Shown here piece by piece: positions 50,944 to 59,613 of a DNA stretch of 64,000 nucleotides. How positions within the stretch are numbered: the first letter of the stretch is position 1; every line of letters starts with the position of its first letter. The position numbers and the translations under genes are program-made. This DNA comes from Candidatus Multivoradales bacterium (GTDB lineage: Bacteria; Acidobacteriota; Thermoanaerobaculia; Multivoradales; J023): positions 4,576,001-4,640,000 of the forward strand of contig CBDFLE010000006.1 of assembly GCA_965248925.1 (NCBI GenBank), in the 5' to 3' direction. Below the pieces are notes generated by a model, which was not told the DNA's origin, did not search any database, and saw only the letters and a list, made by a program, of their open reading frames with translations.

Positions 50944-52815
50944 TCAGGGGACGAAAACACCATCGAGGCAGAGATCGTCGCCGGCAACGGCGCTCGCCGC
51001 GACACTGTAGCGACCTTCGGCGTTGAAGACCGGAATGGCGACGGCTTGGCGCCGCAGAGTGACGGCTGCCGCCCCTGCCGGTGCCGTCTGCAGGATCTCG
51101 AACGCCAGACTGCCGGCGGCGCCACCGACCGGCAGTGCGCTGCTGCCCACTTCGATGCGGCGCACGAACCGGCCCGCGGCCAGCTCGCCTTGAGAGACCA
51201 CTAGGCCGGATTCAGCGTACTCGGTCCAGCGCCAGGTCCAATCCTCGCTACCGGGGCAGGCGGCGGCACAAGCAAAGGGGGCGCTGGACCGTCCCTCGGT
51301 CCACAGCAGCAGGTCGGTGCCGCCGTCGAAAGCGCCGCCGCTGAGGAAGCGAGCGGTCGGCCGTGAGCCCAGCGGCAAGCGTCGATCTCCTCGGTCGCCG
51401 CCGTAGAAGCTGGGGAAGCCCCAAGTGGTGAAACGGTCGCGGGCAGCCGGCAAGGCGATGGCGTCGATTCCTTGAGCTGAGTCGTCAGCCGATTCGGCAT
51501 AGAAAACTTCGGCGGCGAGCACATTGCGAAAGTCGGCCAAGCCGTCGCTGCCGTTGCCGCCAGCGCTAGCGAAGTATCCACTCTGGGTCGGATCGAGGGT
51601 GGTGGAGGCACAGCGGCGGACGCTGTCGACGGTCAGATAGCCGGTCGCCAAGTTCGTTTGGCCGCGGTCGCTGCCACGGCATAGGCCGTCAGCGGGGTCA
51701 GGCCGGCCGGTGAGCTGGGCCTGCAGGGTGGCCAAGGCGGCAGCGTCGAGCAGCGGTAGCTCTAGCGGGATCGAGCAATCCGCAAATGGAGTTTGGGTCG
51801 ACGGCGCGCTGAGCGGCAAATGACCATTGACGACCACATCTCGCAAGTTCAGTGGCCGAGTTTCTCGACCTGCCAGGTAAAGATCGAAAGCGAGCACCGG
51901 CAAGCCACAGTCACTCCACAAGGTCAGACGCGCCAAGGCGGGCGTGGGCTCGGTGTTGTCGATCGAAACCAGCGTTGTTCTGCCATCCAGGCGTGCCATA
52001 TCGACCTCTATCCAGGGCACTAGCAGCGAGGCGGCGGGGGCCTTGTCGCGGCGGCAGCCAAGGGGCTCGGCGGCTGGCTCGTAGGCTTCTCCAAGTAGGA
52101 ACTCGAATCCCTGCACCATGCTCTCAAGGGGCCAATTGCTGTGGCCGAAACCGGCTCTGATGTCTTCTTCGAAGGGTAGGCCGAGAGCCAGCCATTGATC
52201 TCGCAGACGACTGTAGGAAGTGCCGGTGTAGTTCGGGTCGGTGGTGCCGTAGTACATCCGCAGCGGCGCGGTGTGCTCAGGATCGGCAAAACCGCCGATG
52301 GTGGTGAAGGGCGACGACATCGAGAACACAGCGCTCCAATTGCCGCTGGCCAGATAAGCTCGTTGCAAGGCGTAGGCCCCTCCCGCCGAATGTCCGGCAA
52401 GGGCGGTGTGTCGAGGATCGATGCGGATCTGGCGACCGAGCAGCTGCACCGCCTGGCGCAGGGTTTCGTCGTCATTGCCGAAGCCCCAACCCAGCGAGCT
52501 CAGCGATTTAGGCAGCAATAGGGCACAGCCGGCCAGATCGGCGGCCGGCTCGACGAAAGGCTCGTAGACCTCGGGGGTGCCGCCACTGCCGTGCAAGAAC
52601 ACCACCAGCGGTACCGGCCGAGCGAGATCCAAAGCAGGTGGTACGTACCACTCGGCGTAGCTGCCGGTGGCCGGCAATTCCAGCCTTTGCCAGCCGTCCG
52701 GCCGTTGCCCGGCCACGGGTAGCGAGGTGGCCAAGAAGAGCAGGGCCGCCAGTAGCAGCCGACCGAGGAGCCAAGGGCGCAGGACTCCGGGTTGATGCTC
52801 TGGTGGCTGGTTCAT
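50944..52815 (-). CDS. Secreted esterase (PHB-depolymerase/phospholipase-like) fused to an uncharacterised C-terminal domain
   Basis: LVVFLHGSG, GHSAG, GTTDP, GFGH; then PAASLLVPWIEVD...TTLVSIDN...TLWSD domain. ATG 52815 is ATGA-coupled to the upstream gene. Confidence 0.8.
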   Translation of the reverse strand: MNQPPEHQPGVLRPWLLGRLLLAALLFLATSLPVAGQRPDGWQRLELPATGSYAEWYVPPALDLARPVPLVVFLHGSGGTPEVYEPFVEPAADLAGCALLLPKSLSSLGWGFGNDDETLRQAVQLLGRQIRIDPRHTALAGHSAGGAYALQRAYLASGNWSAVFSMSSPFTTIGGFADPEHTAPLRMYYGTTDPNYTGTSYSRLRDQWLALGLPFEEDIRAGFGHSNWPLESMVQGFEFLLGEAYEPAAEPLGCRRDKAPAASLLVPWIEVDMARLDGRTTLVSIDNTEPTPALARLTLWSDCGLPVLAFDLYLAGRETRPLNLRDVVVNGHLPLSAPSTQTPFADCSIPLELPLLDAAALATLQAQLTGRPDPADGLCRGSDRGQTNLATGYLTVDSVRRCASTTLDPTQSGYFASAGGNGSDGLADFRNVLAAEVFYAESADDSAQGIDAIALPAARDRFTTWGFPSFYGGDRGDRRLPLGSRPTARFLSGGAFDGGTDLLLWTEGRSSAPFACAAACPGSEDWTWRWTEYAESGLVVSQGELAAGRFVRRIEVGSSALPVGGAAGSLAFEILQTAPAGAAAVTLRRQAVAIPVFNAEGRYSVAASAVAGDDLCLDGVFVP

Positions 52816-55800
52816 TGGGGTGTAGCCGGCAGTTCGCGGGTCAGCCAATGACGGCGGTAGAGCCGGTGGCGGGCGCTGTCGGGGAAAGGTGGATTGCCGG
52901 CGTAGCTGCCCATGCCGCGGAAAGGCAGCGGCTCTAGTTGCTGCGCCTGATAGGTGTTGCGGTCGGCGTCCTTATCCCAGCCGTGGCTTTCCAAAAATAC
53001 GCTGCGTTGCCAACCCGCGGCCGGCGGAGGGAGCTCCGAGGCATCGAATTCGAGCACCATCTCGTCGCCCGCCGCCATCACCACCGACAGATCGTCGGCC
53101 GCCATCAACAATTCGCGGACATCGCCGTAGCGGGTGTAGCGACCGGCAAAGGGTAGCCACGGCGACTGCTGAGTGACCGTCTGATAGTCGTAAACGTGAG
53201 GGCCGTTGGGAGCTGTTCGACGGGGTGAAGAGAAGCCGCGAAAGCGCAGTTCGGCAGCGGTTGGCAGTAGCTTGGCCCGCACTTGCGGCACCTGGTCGGC
53301 GGCTGCGGTTGTCCAGGCGATGCGGTCCCAGTGCAGCCATAGGGAGGTCACGATACGCAGTCGGTGGGCGCCAGCGGGCAGAGCTGGGGTGTCCACCACC
53401 ATGGTCTTTGTCTTGCCGGCGGGGAAGCCCATCTCGGCCACCAGGGTTTGCCAACCGCTGGCGGTTTCAACTTCCAGGCGCGGCGCCATCAAGGGCAGAT
53501 CGTCGCGCTGCGCTAGCGCCAGGTTGAGGGAGGCGTCGGCGGGGAAGATCCAGCCGTCGAGATGCAGCCGCAGCGGTAGGGCCGGGGCGGCGCCGAGATC
53601 GAAGGTGAAGTTCCAAGGCTTCGCCGCCACCCCTTGATAGGGGCTTCTCTGGTAGCCGTCGGCATAGACTTCGTCGCGACGTGCCACCCGGCTCGTGACC
53701 TCGTGGCCGCGGCCGTCCCAGGCGCTATGCACGGGCTGCAAGTGCCGACTGGCGAGCACTTTCTCGGGCAGCGCCTGGCCGGGGAGGATGCGCAGGTTGG
53801 AGGCCACTTCGACATCCCGCGGGTGGTCAACCACCCATAGCCGCAGATGGTCGAAGAAAGCGGCCTCCCACAGTTCCTCGGTGATGCGCAGGCGATAGCG
53901 GCTGGCAGCGTCCGCCCGCAGGCCATCGGCGCGCACCAACTCCGAGGGGTCGCTTCCTACCCAGACCCCCGGCGCCGCTGGCAGGCCGATCGGCGCGCCC
54001 CACAGCAGATCGGTGACGAAGGCGAAGCGCTCACCGTCCCAGGCGTAAAGGAAGGGACAGCTGCCCTTCAAGATCTGCTCTTCCACCAGCCGCTGTTTGC
54101 CGGCTAGCCGCAGACGATTCTGGGGCACGCCATTAGTCCACACCACTCGCAGCACTTCGGCCTTTTCGACATCGCCAAGGCCGAGGTGGGTGACCTCGGT
54201 CGTCGCTTCACGGAATTGGAAGGCCTCGCCGTGGCGCAATTCCACCACCGAGCCGGTACCGAAGACATTGTTCTTGCCGTTGCCTTCGGCCAGCCCGCGG
54301 AGGCGTAGGCTGAGCCAGCCATTGCGATTGCCGCCGCGATTCTCCAACCAGCTGAGGCCAGCGGCGCCCGAGATGGCTAGATCGAGGTCGCCATCCTGGT
54401 CGAGGTCGCTGGCTACCAGAGCACGGGCTCCGGCCGGTGCGCCACGCAGGGGGATGCTGGTGAACGATGGCGTCGGGGTGTCGCGTTGGCCCAGCACCAA
54501 CAGCTGATCGGCGCCAGCGGCTGCGAGGTCGAAGCGGCCGTCGTTGTCGGCGTCGAGGGCGATCAGGGTGCTGAACTCACCGCTCCGCGGCAGCCCCTCG
54601 AGTGGCCACGGAACGAAACTGCCGCCCTGGTTGTGCCAGGCCCGCAAGCCGTGGCCGGCGGCCACTAGATCGGGCAGGCCATCGTTGTCGAGATCGGCGC
54701 TGACCACCGCTTGGGCAGCCTGGCCGGGGGCCAAGTTGGCTCGCGCCGAGCGGTCACTAAACCGCCCTTGGCGCAGGTTGTCGAGCCAACTCAATCCCTG
54801 GCTGTGCGCTACCACCAGATCCAAGTCGCCATCGCGGTCGAGATCGCTGGCTAGTAGGTGGTTGGCGGCGGTGAGTCGCAGATCGGGGAGTGCGCGATCG
54901 CCCACCCGCTGTAGCGGACCGGCCAAGTTGTTGCGATAGAGGTCGATCGTCGAGCCATTGGCCACAGCCAGGTCGAGGTCGCCCTCGATATCGAAATCGA
55001 TCACCGCCGCACCACGAGCACCAGCGGCGGCCAGGCCGAGGCTGTCCTCGGCGGCGCCGAAGGTGCCATCGGCGCTGCCCAACCAGACGGCCGCCCGGTG
55101 GCGGCCAAAGCCACTCAGATCGAGATAGCCGTCATTGTCGAGATCGGCCATCAACAGGGTGTCGAGAGAGGCTGCCGGCAGCTGCTGGGCAATCTTCCAG
55201 CCGGCTCGGGCGAAGCGTACTTCGAGTTTGCCGGCGGCTAGGTGGGCGAGGTCGGGGCGCAGGTCGCCGTCGAAATCACCCGCCACCAAGCCGCGTCCAT
55301 CGGCCGCTTGCAGATCTAGCCGACTATTGGCGAATTCAATCTCAAGCGGTTGGCCGAAGCTCCGACGAGGCGGTTCGCCGATCAAACGCTCCAGCGGTAC
55401 GCCTTGGATCCCGGTGCGCAATTCGCGCAAGCTCTGGCGGTACATCGGGGTGACTTTGAGCACGTTTTCGAGCCGTTGCGCGGGGGTTGCCGCGGCGCTC
55501 AGATCTTCGCCTTCGAGGGCCTCGGTGACCAGGCCCAAGGCGCGCTCGGCGATCGGTTCAGCTTGCCACAGCAACTCGCCGAGACGGCCAAAAGCGTGGG
55601 TGGCCCGGCGCCGGTTGCCGTTGGCGATGGCCAGATGACCGACTTTCAGCATCACCACCACGTTCTCAGGTCGCAGCCGGGCGAGCCGATCGAGTGCTGC
55701 CGCGATGGCGCTGGCCGCGCGCTCGCCGTCCGTGGTGTTGGCGACGTCGTAGAGGGAGTACTGGATCTCAAGGTCCTGCGGGGCGCCGTCGGCCGCTCTC

Positions 55801-56156
55801 TGGAGCAGCAGCAAGGCACCGTCGAGGTCTCCCTTCCACTGCAAGATCTCGGCTTGGATGGCGAGCAGCCGGGGGCGCTCGGGAGCCTTGGCTAGAGCTT
55901 TGGCGATCGATGCCAGAGCCTTGTCGTATTTTTGTTGGCGCAACTCGGCGATCGCTAAGTTGGCCCAGCCCAGGGGCTCGTCCGGCAGCAGCTGGGTGAG
56001 CTGTCGGTAGAGCGGTTCGGCTTTTTCGGGATGCTCGTTTTCGAGTTCTGCGAAGGCCTGGTGTCGCAGTTCGAGCGCCGCGCGAGGGGGTGTCTCGGCG
56101 GCACTGCTGCCGGCCGGTGGCAGGATCAGGAGCATAATTGCTAGGAGGTTGCGCAT
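52812..56156 (-). CDS. TPR + FG-GAP/VCBS + ASPIC/UnbV (CRTAC1-like) protein with a long C-terminal extension
   Basis: N-terminal TPRs, 7 D(L/F)D.DG..DL repeats, WLSLRLRG...HLGLG...VVW, GSCPFLYAWDG. Confidence 0.88.
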   Translation of the reverse strand: MRNLLAIMLLILPPAGSSAAETPPRAALELRHQAFAELENEHPEKAEPLYRQLTQLLPDEPLGWANLAIAELRQQKYDKALASIAKALAKAPERPRLLAIQAEILQWKGDLDGALLLLQRAADGAPQDLEIQYSLYDVANTTDGERAASAIAAALDRLARLRPENVVVMLKVGHLAIANGNRRRATHAFGRLGELLWQAEPIAERALGLVTEALEGEDLSAAATPAQRLENVLKVTPMYRQSLRELRTGIQGVPLERLIGEPPRRSFGQPLEIEFANSRLDLQAADGRGLVAGDFDGDLRPDLAHLAAGKLEVRFARAGWKIAQQLPAASLDTLLMADLDNDGYLDLSGFGRHRAAVWLGSADGTFGAAEDSLGLAAAGARGAAVIDFDIEGDLDLAVANGSTIDLYRNNLAGPLQRVGDRALPDLRLTAANHLLASDLDRDGDLDLVVAHSQGLSWLDNLRQGRFSDRSARANLAPGQAAQAVVSADLDNDGLPDLVAAGHGLRAWHNQGGSFVPWPLEGLPRSGEFSTLIALDADNDGRFDLAAAGADQLLVLGQRDTPTPSFTSIPLRGAPAGARALVASDLDQDGDLDLAISGAAGLSWLENRGGNRNGWLSLRLRGLAEGNGKNNVFGTGSVVELRHGEAFQFREATTEVTHLGLGDVEKAEVLRVVWTNGVPQNRLRLAGKQRLVEEQILKGSCPFLYAWDGERFAFVTDLLWGAPIGLPAAPGVWVGSDPSELVRADGLRADAASRYRLRITEELWEAAFFDHLRLWVVDHPRDVEVASNLRILPGQALPEKVLASRHLQPVHSAWDGRGHEVTSRVARRDEVYADGYQRSPYQGVAAKPWNFTFDLGAAPALPLRLHLDGWIFPADASLNLALAQRDDLPLMAPRLEVETASGWQTLVAEMGFPAGKTKTMVVDTPALPAGAHRLRIVTSLWLHWDRIAWTTAAADQVPQVRAKLLPTAAELRFRGFSSPRRTAPNGPHVYDYQTVTQQSPWLPFAGRYTRYGDVRELLMAADDLSVVMAAGDEMVLEFDASELPPPAAGWQRSVFLESHGWDKDADRNTYQAQQLEPLPFRGMGSYAGNPPFPDSARHRLYRRHWLTRELPATPQ

Positions 56157-56205
56157 CAGTCTTTCCCGGTGGCTGGAGGAGTCATCCTGGTTTTAGTCCC
56201 CGGTC

Positions 56206-56469
56206 TCAGGTCAGCTTGGCGGTGCGGGTCAACAACAATGCCAGGATGGCGCAGAGAGTGGCGGCGATCAGCGCTCGATAGTCGAAACCGGCAAGGCCGC
56301 CGAAGCCCAGCAAGGTGGCCAGCAGGCCGCCGCCGAAGGCGCCCAAAAAGCCACTGCCGAGGGCCGCTAGCCAGCCCAGGGGAGGTTTGCCGGGCAGTAG
56401 CCAGCGGCCGCCGCCGCCGGTCCACAGGCCGATTAAGATCCATGACAACAGTCCCAGGGGTAGAGGCAT
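56206..56469 (-). CDS. GlsB/YeaQ/YmgE (transglycosylase-associated) small membrane protein
   Basis: LSWILIGL..G...RWLLPG...G..GAFGGG pattern. Confidence 0.75.
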   Translation of the reverse strand: MPLPLGLLSWILIGLWTGGGGRWLLPGKPPLGWLAALGSGFLGAFGGGLLATLLGFGGLAGFDYRALIAATLCAILALLLTRTAKLT

Positions 56470-56582
56470 TTCGGTCTCCAGGAGTCTCGGTTGAGCGGCT
56501 TTCCGCGGGTCATTCTAACCGCCCGGCGGGTAGATCATAAGCGATGCCCCGAGGTTGCTCGCGGCTAGGTACAATCTGCTGT

Positions 56583-59210
56583 ATGAGCAAAGCGCCCTCC
56601 CGCCTATATCTGATCGATGGCTACTCGAACATCTTCCGCGCCTTCTACGCCATTCGCAATTTGTCAAACGCGGCCGGCGAGCCGACCAACGCCGTCTTTG
56701 GCTTCTTGCAAATTCTGCGCAAGCTGCTGCGCGATGAATCGCCGGCCTATCTCGGGATTGCTCTCGATGTCGGTCGGGCGACCATTCGCACCGAGAAATA
56801 TGCCGATTACAAAGCCAATCGAGCGCCGATGCCCGAGGATCTGCGAGTACAGATCCCGTGGATTCGCAAGCTCATCGAGGCCTACCGGATTCCGATCATC
56901 GAGCTACCGCGCTACGAGGCGGACGACGTGCTCGGCACGCTGGCCAAGAAGGCCAGCGCGGAGGGTTTCGAGGTGGTTCTGCTGTCAGCCGACAAGGATC
57001 TCATGCAGTTGGTGGGCGACGGTGTCTTCATGTACCACACCGGTCGCGACAAGCTCTACGATGCGGCGTTGGTGGAAGAGGATTTCGGCGTACCGCCCAA
57101 GCAGGTGATCGAGGTGCTGGCGTTGATGGGCGATAGCTCCGACAACGTACCGGGGGTGCCGGGTATCGGCAAGAAGGGCGCCGAGCAGCTGGTGCGGCAG
57201 TTCGGCACCGTCGAAGCGGTGCTCGATGGTGCCAGCGAGATCAAGCGCAAGAGTTACCGCGAGGGGCTGGAGCAGCATCGCGATTTGGCCTTGCTGTCGA
57301 AAGAACTGGTGACCATTCACACCGATTTGGAAGTTGAATTCGATCCCGTCGCACTGCGTTGCGAAGAGCCCGACGCCGAAGCCTTGCTGGAGATTTTCCG
57401 TGCTCTCGATTTTACCTTCTTGCGCGCCGAGTTAGAACGCGAGATCGGTGGTGGAGCGGCAGCCATCAAGGCGGCGACCGAAGCCGAATCTAGCGCAGCA
57501 TTCCTGGCCGCCACCGCCGAACTCGACGGGCGAATCTTCCTCGGGCTGGTGGGCGAAGACTCGCCGTTGGGCTTGGCGGTGCGCTGCGGAGAGCGGCTGC
57601 TGTGGGCCGACTTCCGCCACGACGACTTGCGCCAGGCGGTGCTCGAGCGCCTACGCCAGTGGACCGGCGACAGCGACCTCACATTGGTGGGTCATGATCT
57701 CAAGGAGGTCTTGCGACTCGGCGCGTTAGAGCCTGTTTGCCGGCTCTTTGACACCATGCTCGGGGCTTATTTGCTGCACCCCGCGGCCCGCAGTCAGTCC
57801 TTGGCGGCGGTCGCTCTAGAGCGCCTGGCCTACAGCGCGCTCAGTGCCCAAGAGGCCGGTTGGAGCAAAGAGGGACCCCCGCTGCCCGGGCATAAGCCTT
57901 TGTTGCGTTTTGCCGCCGAGCGCGTGGTGTTGGCCGAGCGCTTGGAGGAAGGCATGCGCGAAGGTCTTGCCGAAGAGGGTTTGGAGTCGGTCTACGAGAC
58001 CTTCGAGGAGCCTTTGCTGCCGGTCCTGCTGCGCATGGAGGAAGTCGGTGTGTTGCTCGATAAGGACTTCTTGGGGGCGATGTCTGAGGAACTCGGTGGC
58101 GAGATCGGCGGGCTCGAGGGGCAGATCTACGACCTTGCTGGCGAGCGCTTCAATATTGGCTCGCCGAAGCAGCTCGGCGAGGTGATGTTCGAGAAGCTGG
58201 GTTATCCGGTGATCGGCCGCACCCGCAAGACCAAGAGCTACTCCACCGGCGCGGACACCCTCGAAGAACTCTCCAAGCGCGGTTTCCCCCTACCCGAGCG
58301 CTTGCTGCGCTACCGCGAGCTGACCAAGCTGAAATCGACCTATGTCGACGCCCTGCCGGTCTTGGTAGCCGAGGATGGTCGCGTCCACACCCGCTTCAAC
58401 CAAGCGGTGGCGGCCACCGGCCGGCTGTCCTCGGCACACCCCAATCTGCAGAACATCCCGGTACGCACCGAATTAGGACAGCGCATTCGTAAGGCCTTCA
58501 GGGCGCAGTCGGGCTGGCGTCTGGTGGTGGCGGACTACAGCCAGATCGAGTTGCGGGTGTTGGCCCACATCGCTGGCGAGAAAGCCATGCAGCAGGCATT
58601 CAAAGAAGGGCGGGACATCCATTCCTCCACCGCTGCGGCGGTTTTCGGAGTGGCGGTCGATCTGGTCAACTCCGAGCAACGACGGGCGGCCAAGGTGATC
58701 AACTTCGGCATCATCTACGGCATGAGTGCCTTCGGTCTGGCGCGCAACCTGGGCATTTCGCGGCCCGATGCCCAGACCTTCATCGATGCCTACATGAAGC
58801 AGTACGCCGGGGTCGCCGCCTACACCGAAGAGACCTTGACCATGGCCCTCGACAGCGGCAAGGTCGAGACCCTCTACGGTCGCATCCGCCGGTTGCCCGA
58901 CATCCAGTCAAAGAATCGCGGCTTGCGCGAAAACGCTCAGCGGATGGCGATCAATGCCCGCATCCAGGGTACCGCCGCCGATCTGCTCAAGCTGGCGATG
59001 ATCCACGTCGATCGCCGTCTGGCGCGTGAAAGTCTCGAGTCGCGCCTGCTGCTCACCGTCCACGACGAGTTGGTGCTCGAAGTCCCCGAAGCAGAAGTCG
59101 ACACGGTCACCAATCTGGTGCGCGAAGAGATGGAAGGGGTTGCCGAACTCAGCGTGCCGCTGGTGGTAGAGACCGGAGTGGGGCAAACCTGGTACGACGC
59201 CAAAGGGTGA
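56583..59210 (+). CDS. polA: DNA polymerase I
   Basis: LIDG, YKANR, EADD, GDSSDN, TGRLSS..PNLQNIP, DYSQIELR, KVINFGIIYG, VHDE. The 3'-5' exo motif I appears degenerate. Start ATG 56583. Confidence 0.98.
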   Translation: MSKAPSRLYLIDGYSNIFRAFYAIRNLSNAAGEPTNAVFGFLQILRKLLRDESPAYLGIALDVGRATIRTEKYADYKANRAPMPEDLRVQIPWIRKLIEAYRIPIIELPRYEADDVLGTLAKKASAEGFEVVLLSADKDLMQLVGDGVFMYHTGRDKLYDAALVEEDFGVPPKQVIEVLALMGDSSDNVPGVPGIGKKGAEQLVRQFGTVEAVLDGASEIKRKSYREGLEQHRDLALLSKELVTIHTDLEVEFDPVALRCEEPDAEALLEIFRALDFTFLRAELEREIGGGAAAIKAATEAESSAAFLAATAELDGRIFLGLVGEDSPLGLAVRCGERLLWADFRHDDLRQAVLERLRQWTGDSDLTLVGHDLKEVLRLGALEPVCRLFDTMLGAYLLHPAARSQSLAAVALERLAYSALSAQEAGWSKEGPPLPGHKPLLRFAAERVVLAERLEEGMREGLAEEGLESVYETFEEPLLPVLLRMEEVGVLLDKDFLGAMSEELGGEIGGLEGQIYDLAGERFNIGSPKQLGEVMFEKLGYPVIGRTRKTKSYSTGADTLEELSKRGFPLPERLLRYRELTKLKSTYVDALPVLVAEDGRVHTRFNQAVAATGRLSSAHPNLQNIPVRTELGQRIRKAFRAQSGWRLVVADYSQIELRVLAHIAGEKAMQQAFKEGRDIHSSTAAAVFGVAVDLVNSEQRRAAKVINFGIIYGMSAFGLARNLGISRPDAQTFIDAYMKQYAGVAAYTEETLTMALDSGKVETLYGRIRRLPDIQSKNRGLRENAQRMAINARIQGTAADLLKLAMIHVDRRLARESLESRLLLTVHDELVLEVPEAEVDTVTNLVREEMEGVAELSVPLVVETGVGQTWYDAKG

Positions 59211-59248
59211 GGAGATCTTGGCACTTGCTTTGGTGTACCGTAGATTTC

Positions 59249-59533
59249 ATGAGAATCGTAAGCATCAAACAGCTCGAAGCCCGTCTATCTGAGTACGTCA
59301 GAGTGGCTCGGGCTGGCGAAACCGTGTTGGTGAGTGATCGCGATGACTTTGTGGCAGAACTCGGCCCGATGCGGAGGCAGACACAGGTGCCAGGAAAGGT
59401 AGAGGCGGTTCTCGAACAGCTGGCCGTTCGCGGGATAGTGTCTCGCGCCTGCGAGATGAAAAAGAACTGGAGCTGGAAGCCCATCCCGCTGGGCCTCTCG
59501 GAGCAAGCGTTGAGCAAGATTCTAGGGCACTGA
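59249..59533 (+). CDS. Phd/YefM-family antitoxin, C-terminus probably altered by deletion
   Basis: MRIVSIKQLEARLSEYVRVARAGETVLVSDRDDFVAEL.P. Confidence 0.8.
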   Translation: MRIVSIKQLEARLSEYVRVARAGETVLVSDRDDFVAELGPMRRQTQVPGKVEAVLEQLAVRGIVSRACEMKKNWSWKPIPLGLSEQALSKILGH

Positions 59534-59613
59534 CCGGCGCCTAGCCGAAGCCGCAGAACTCTCCAACATCTAAGCATTGAGGCGACTCCAGAACTCCTGA
59601 CATACCCTTTTTC

